A stretch of DNA of 64,000 nt, from the NCBI RefSeq assembly GCF_000026545.1, contig NC_011601.1; one strand, 5' to 3'. Below are positions 62,186-64,000 of this stretch, piece by piece. A program made the position numbers and the translations under genes. The notes under the pieces were generated by a model that saw nothing but the letters and a program-made list of their open reading frames with translations, had not been told where the DNA came from and ran no database searches. How positions within the stretch are numbered: the first letter of the stretch is position 1; each line of letters starts with the position of its first letter. This DNA comes from Escherichia coli O127:H6 str. E2348/69. GTDB taxonomy: Bacteria > Pseudomonadota > Gammaproteobacteria > Enterobacterales > Enterobacteriaceae.

Positions 62186-62209
62186 TACATACATTCACAA
62201 ATGTATGTA
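62186..62209. promoter_or_regulatory. AcrR operator palindrome in the acrAB / acrR divergent promoter region
   Basis: 24-bp inverted repeat tacatacattcacaaatgtatgta between the acrA and acrR starts, matching the known AcrR operator. Confidence 0.8.
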
Positions 62210-62237
62210 AATCTAACGCCTGTAAATTCACGAACAT

Positions 62238-62885
62238 ATGGCACGAAAAACCAAACAAGAAGCGCAAGAAACGCGCCAACACATCCTCGATGTGGCTCTA
62301 CGTCTTTTCTCACAGCAGGGGGTATCATCCACCTCGCTGGGTGAGATTGCAAAAGCAGCTGGCGTTACGCGCGGTGCAATCTACTGGCATTTTAAAGACA
62401 AGTCGGATTTGTTCAGTGAGATCTGGGAACTGTCAGAATCCAATATTGGTGAACTAGAGCTTGAGTATCAGGCAAAATTCCCTGGCGATCCACTCTCAGT
62501 ATTAAGAGAGATATTAATTCATGTTCTTGAGTCCACGGTGACAGAAGAACGGCGTCGATTATTGATGGAGATTATATTCCACAAATGCGAATTTGTCGGA
62601 GAAATGGCTGTTGTGCAACAGGCACAACGTAATCTCTGTCTGGAAAGTTATGACCGTATAGAACAAACGTTAAGACATTGTATTGAAGCGAAAATGTTGC
62701 CTGCGGATTTAATGACGCGTCGCGCAGCAATTATTATGCGCGGCTATATTTCCGGCCTGATGGAAAACTGGCTCTTTGCCCCGCAATCTTTTGATCTTAA
62801 AAAAGAAGCCCGCGATTACGTCGCCATCTTACTGGAGATGTATCTCCTGTGCCCCACGCTTCGTAACCCTGCCACTAACGAATAA
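62238..62885 (+). CDS. acrR: TetR-family repressor AcrR
   Basis: 215-aa ORF with N-terminal TetR helix-turn-helix, recognised as AcrR. Confidence 0.95.
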   Translation: MARKTKQEAQETRQHILDVALRLFSQQGVSSTSLGEIAKAAGVTRGAIYWHFKDKSDLFSEIWELSESNIGELELEYQAKFPGDPLSVLREILIHVLESTVTEERRRLLMEIIFHKCEFVGEMAVVQQAQRNLCLESYDRIEQTLRHCIEAKMLPADLMTRRAAIIMRGYISGLMENWLFAPQSFDLKKEARDYVAILLEMYLLCPTLRNPATNE

Positions 62886-63012
62886 CCCTGAATCTGACTC
62901 CAGGAATTTTCCTGGACATTTTCGTCGTTGCTATTCTGGTTCACTGCGTCGTGATATTCTTGCGGTTTGACTTTTTCAGGTCGTTCTTCAGGTTCAGAAA
63001 CCTTCATTCATC

Positions 63013-64000
63013 ATGACTATGTTCCAGTATTACAAACGATCACGGCATTTTGTTTTTTCAGCATTTATTGCTTTTGTTTTTGTCTTGTTATGCCAGAACA
63101 CGGCGTTTGCACGGGCGTCATCGAATGGTGATTTACCGACAAAAGCGGACCTGCAGGCACAACTTGACTCACTGAATAAACAAAAAGATCTTTCTGCTCA
63201 GGACAAACTGGTGCAGCAGGATCTGACAGATACATTAGCCACCCTCGATAAAATCGATCGCGTAAAAGAAGAGACAGTTCAGCTACGGCAAAAAGTCGCT
63301 GAAGCGCCGGAAAAAATGCGCCAGGCGACCGCGGCGTTAACAGCACTTAGTGATGTCGATAACGACGAAGAAACGCGCAAAATTCTGAGCACGCTTTCGT
63401 TGCGCCAGCTGGAAACTCGCGTTGCCCAGGCGCTGGACGATTTGCAAAACGCACAAAACGATCTGGCGTCTTATAACAGCCAACTGGTTTCGCTACAGAC
63501 GCAGCCCGAACGCGTACAAAATGCGATGTATAACGCTTCGCAGCAGCTGCAACAAATTCGCAGTCGTCTGGATGGGACTGATGTCGGCGAGACTGCCTTA
63601 CGTCCCAGCCAGAAAGTGTTAATGCAGGTCCAGCAGGCTTTGCTGAATGCCGAGATTGACCAGCAGCGTAAAAGCCTGGAAGGGAACACTGTCTTGCAGG
63701 ATACCTTGCAAAAGCAGCGTGATTACGTGACGGCGAACAGCGCCCGTCTGGAGCACCAGTTACAACTGTTGCAAGAAGCGGTAAACAGCAAGCGCCTGAC
63801 TTTAACCGAAAAAACGGCGCAGGAAGCTGTCTCCCCGGATGAAGCCGCGCGTATTCAGGCTAATCCGCTGGTGAAGCAGGAACTGGAAATTAACCAGCAG
63901 TTAAGTCAGCGTCTGATTACCGCGACTCAAAACGGTAATCAGTTGATGCAGCAAAACATTAAAGTCAAAAACTGGCTGGAGCGTGCGCTGCAATCGGAAC
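63013..64000 (+). CDS. mscK: mechanosensitive channel MscK, 5' partial (runs off the window)
   Basis: open frame from ATG 63013 (MTMFQYYKRSRHFVFSAFIAFVFVLLCQNTAFA...) to the window end with no stop; absent from the ORF track because it is incomplete. Confidence 0.85.
   Translation, partial: MTMFQYYKRSRHFVFSAFIAFVFVLLCQNTAFARASSNGDLPTKADLQAQLDSLNKQKDLSAQDKLVQQDLTDTLATLDKIDRVKEETVQLRQKVAEAPEKMRQATAALTALSDVDNDEETRKILSTLSLRQLETRVAQALDDLQNAQNDLASYNSQLVSLQTQPERVQNAMYNASQQLQQIRSRLDGTDVGETALRPSQKVLMQVQQALLNAEIDQQRKSLEGNTVLQDTLQKQRDYVTANSARLEHQLQLLQEAVNSKRLTLTEKTAQEAVSPDEAARIQANPLVKQELEINQQLSQRLITATQNGNQLMQQNIKVKNWLERALQSE

Overview
This window is enterobacterial core chromosome, syntenic gene-for-gene with the Escherichia coli K-12 queA-to-acrR region and running on into the 5' end of mscK. 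I found no novel multi-gene system (no defence island, prophage, CRISPR array or integron); all identifications rest on recognising the translated ORFs and motifs by eye, with no database search run. Gene order is queA-tgt-yajC-secDF, yajD, tsx, yajI, nrdR-ribD-ribE-nusB-thiL-pgpA, yajO-dxs-ispA-xseB, thiI, yajL-panE, yajQ, yajR, cyoEDCBA, ampG-yajG, bolA, tig, clpPX-lon, hupB, ppiD, ybaV, fadM, queC, ybaE, cof, decR, mdlAB, glnK-amtB, tesB, ybaY, atl, ffs, ybaA, pdeB, ylaC, maa, hha-tomB, acrBA, acrR, mscK. The only accessory DNA is a roughly 1.55 kb IS4-family, IS50-like insertion sequence at 50893..52442, sitting inside the palindromic hairpin between convergent ybaY and atl and flanked by a perfect 8-bp direct repeat. 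Its terminal repeats are nearly identical to Tn5/IS50 ends although the transposase is clearly diverged from Tn5 Tnp. The second notable point is that maa appears to be a pseudogene, split by an apparent 1-bp insertion. I also mapped the 4.5S RNA gene ffs, several intrinsic terminators, the sigma-54 promoter of glnK-amtB, the lon heat-shock promoter, the AcrR operator and a REP pair. Most ORF-track entries not listed are antisense shadow ORFs inside these genes.
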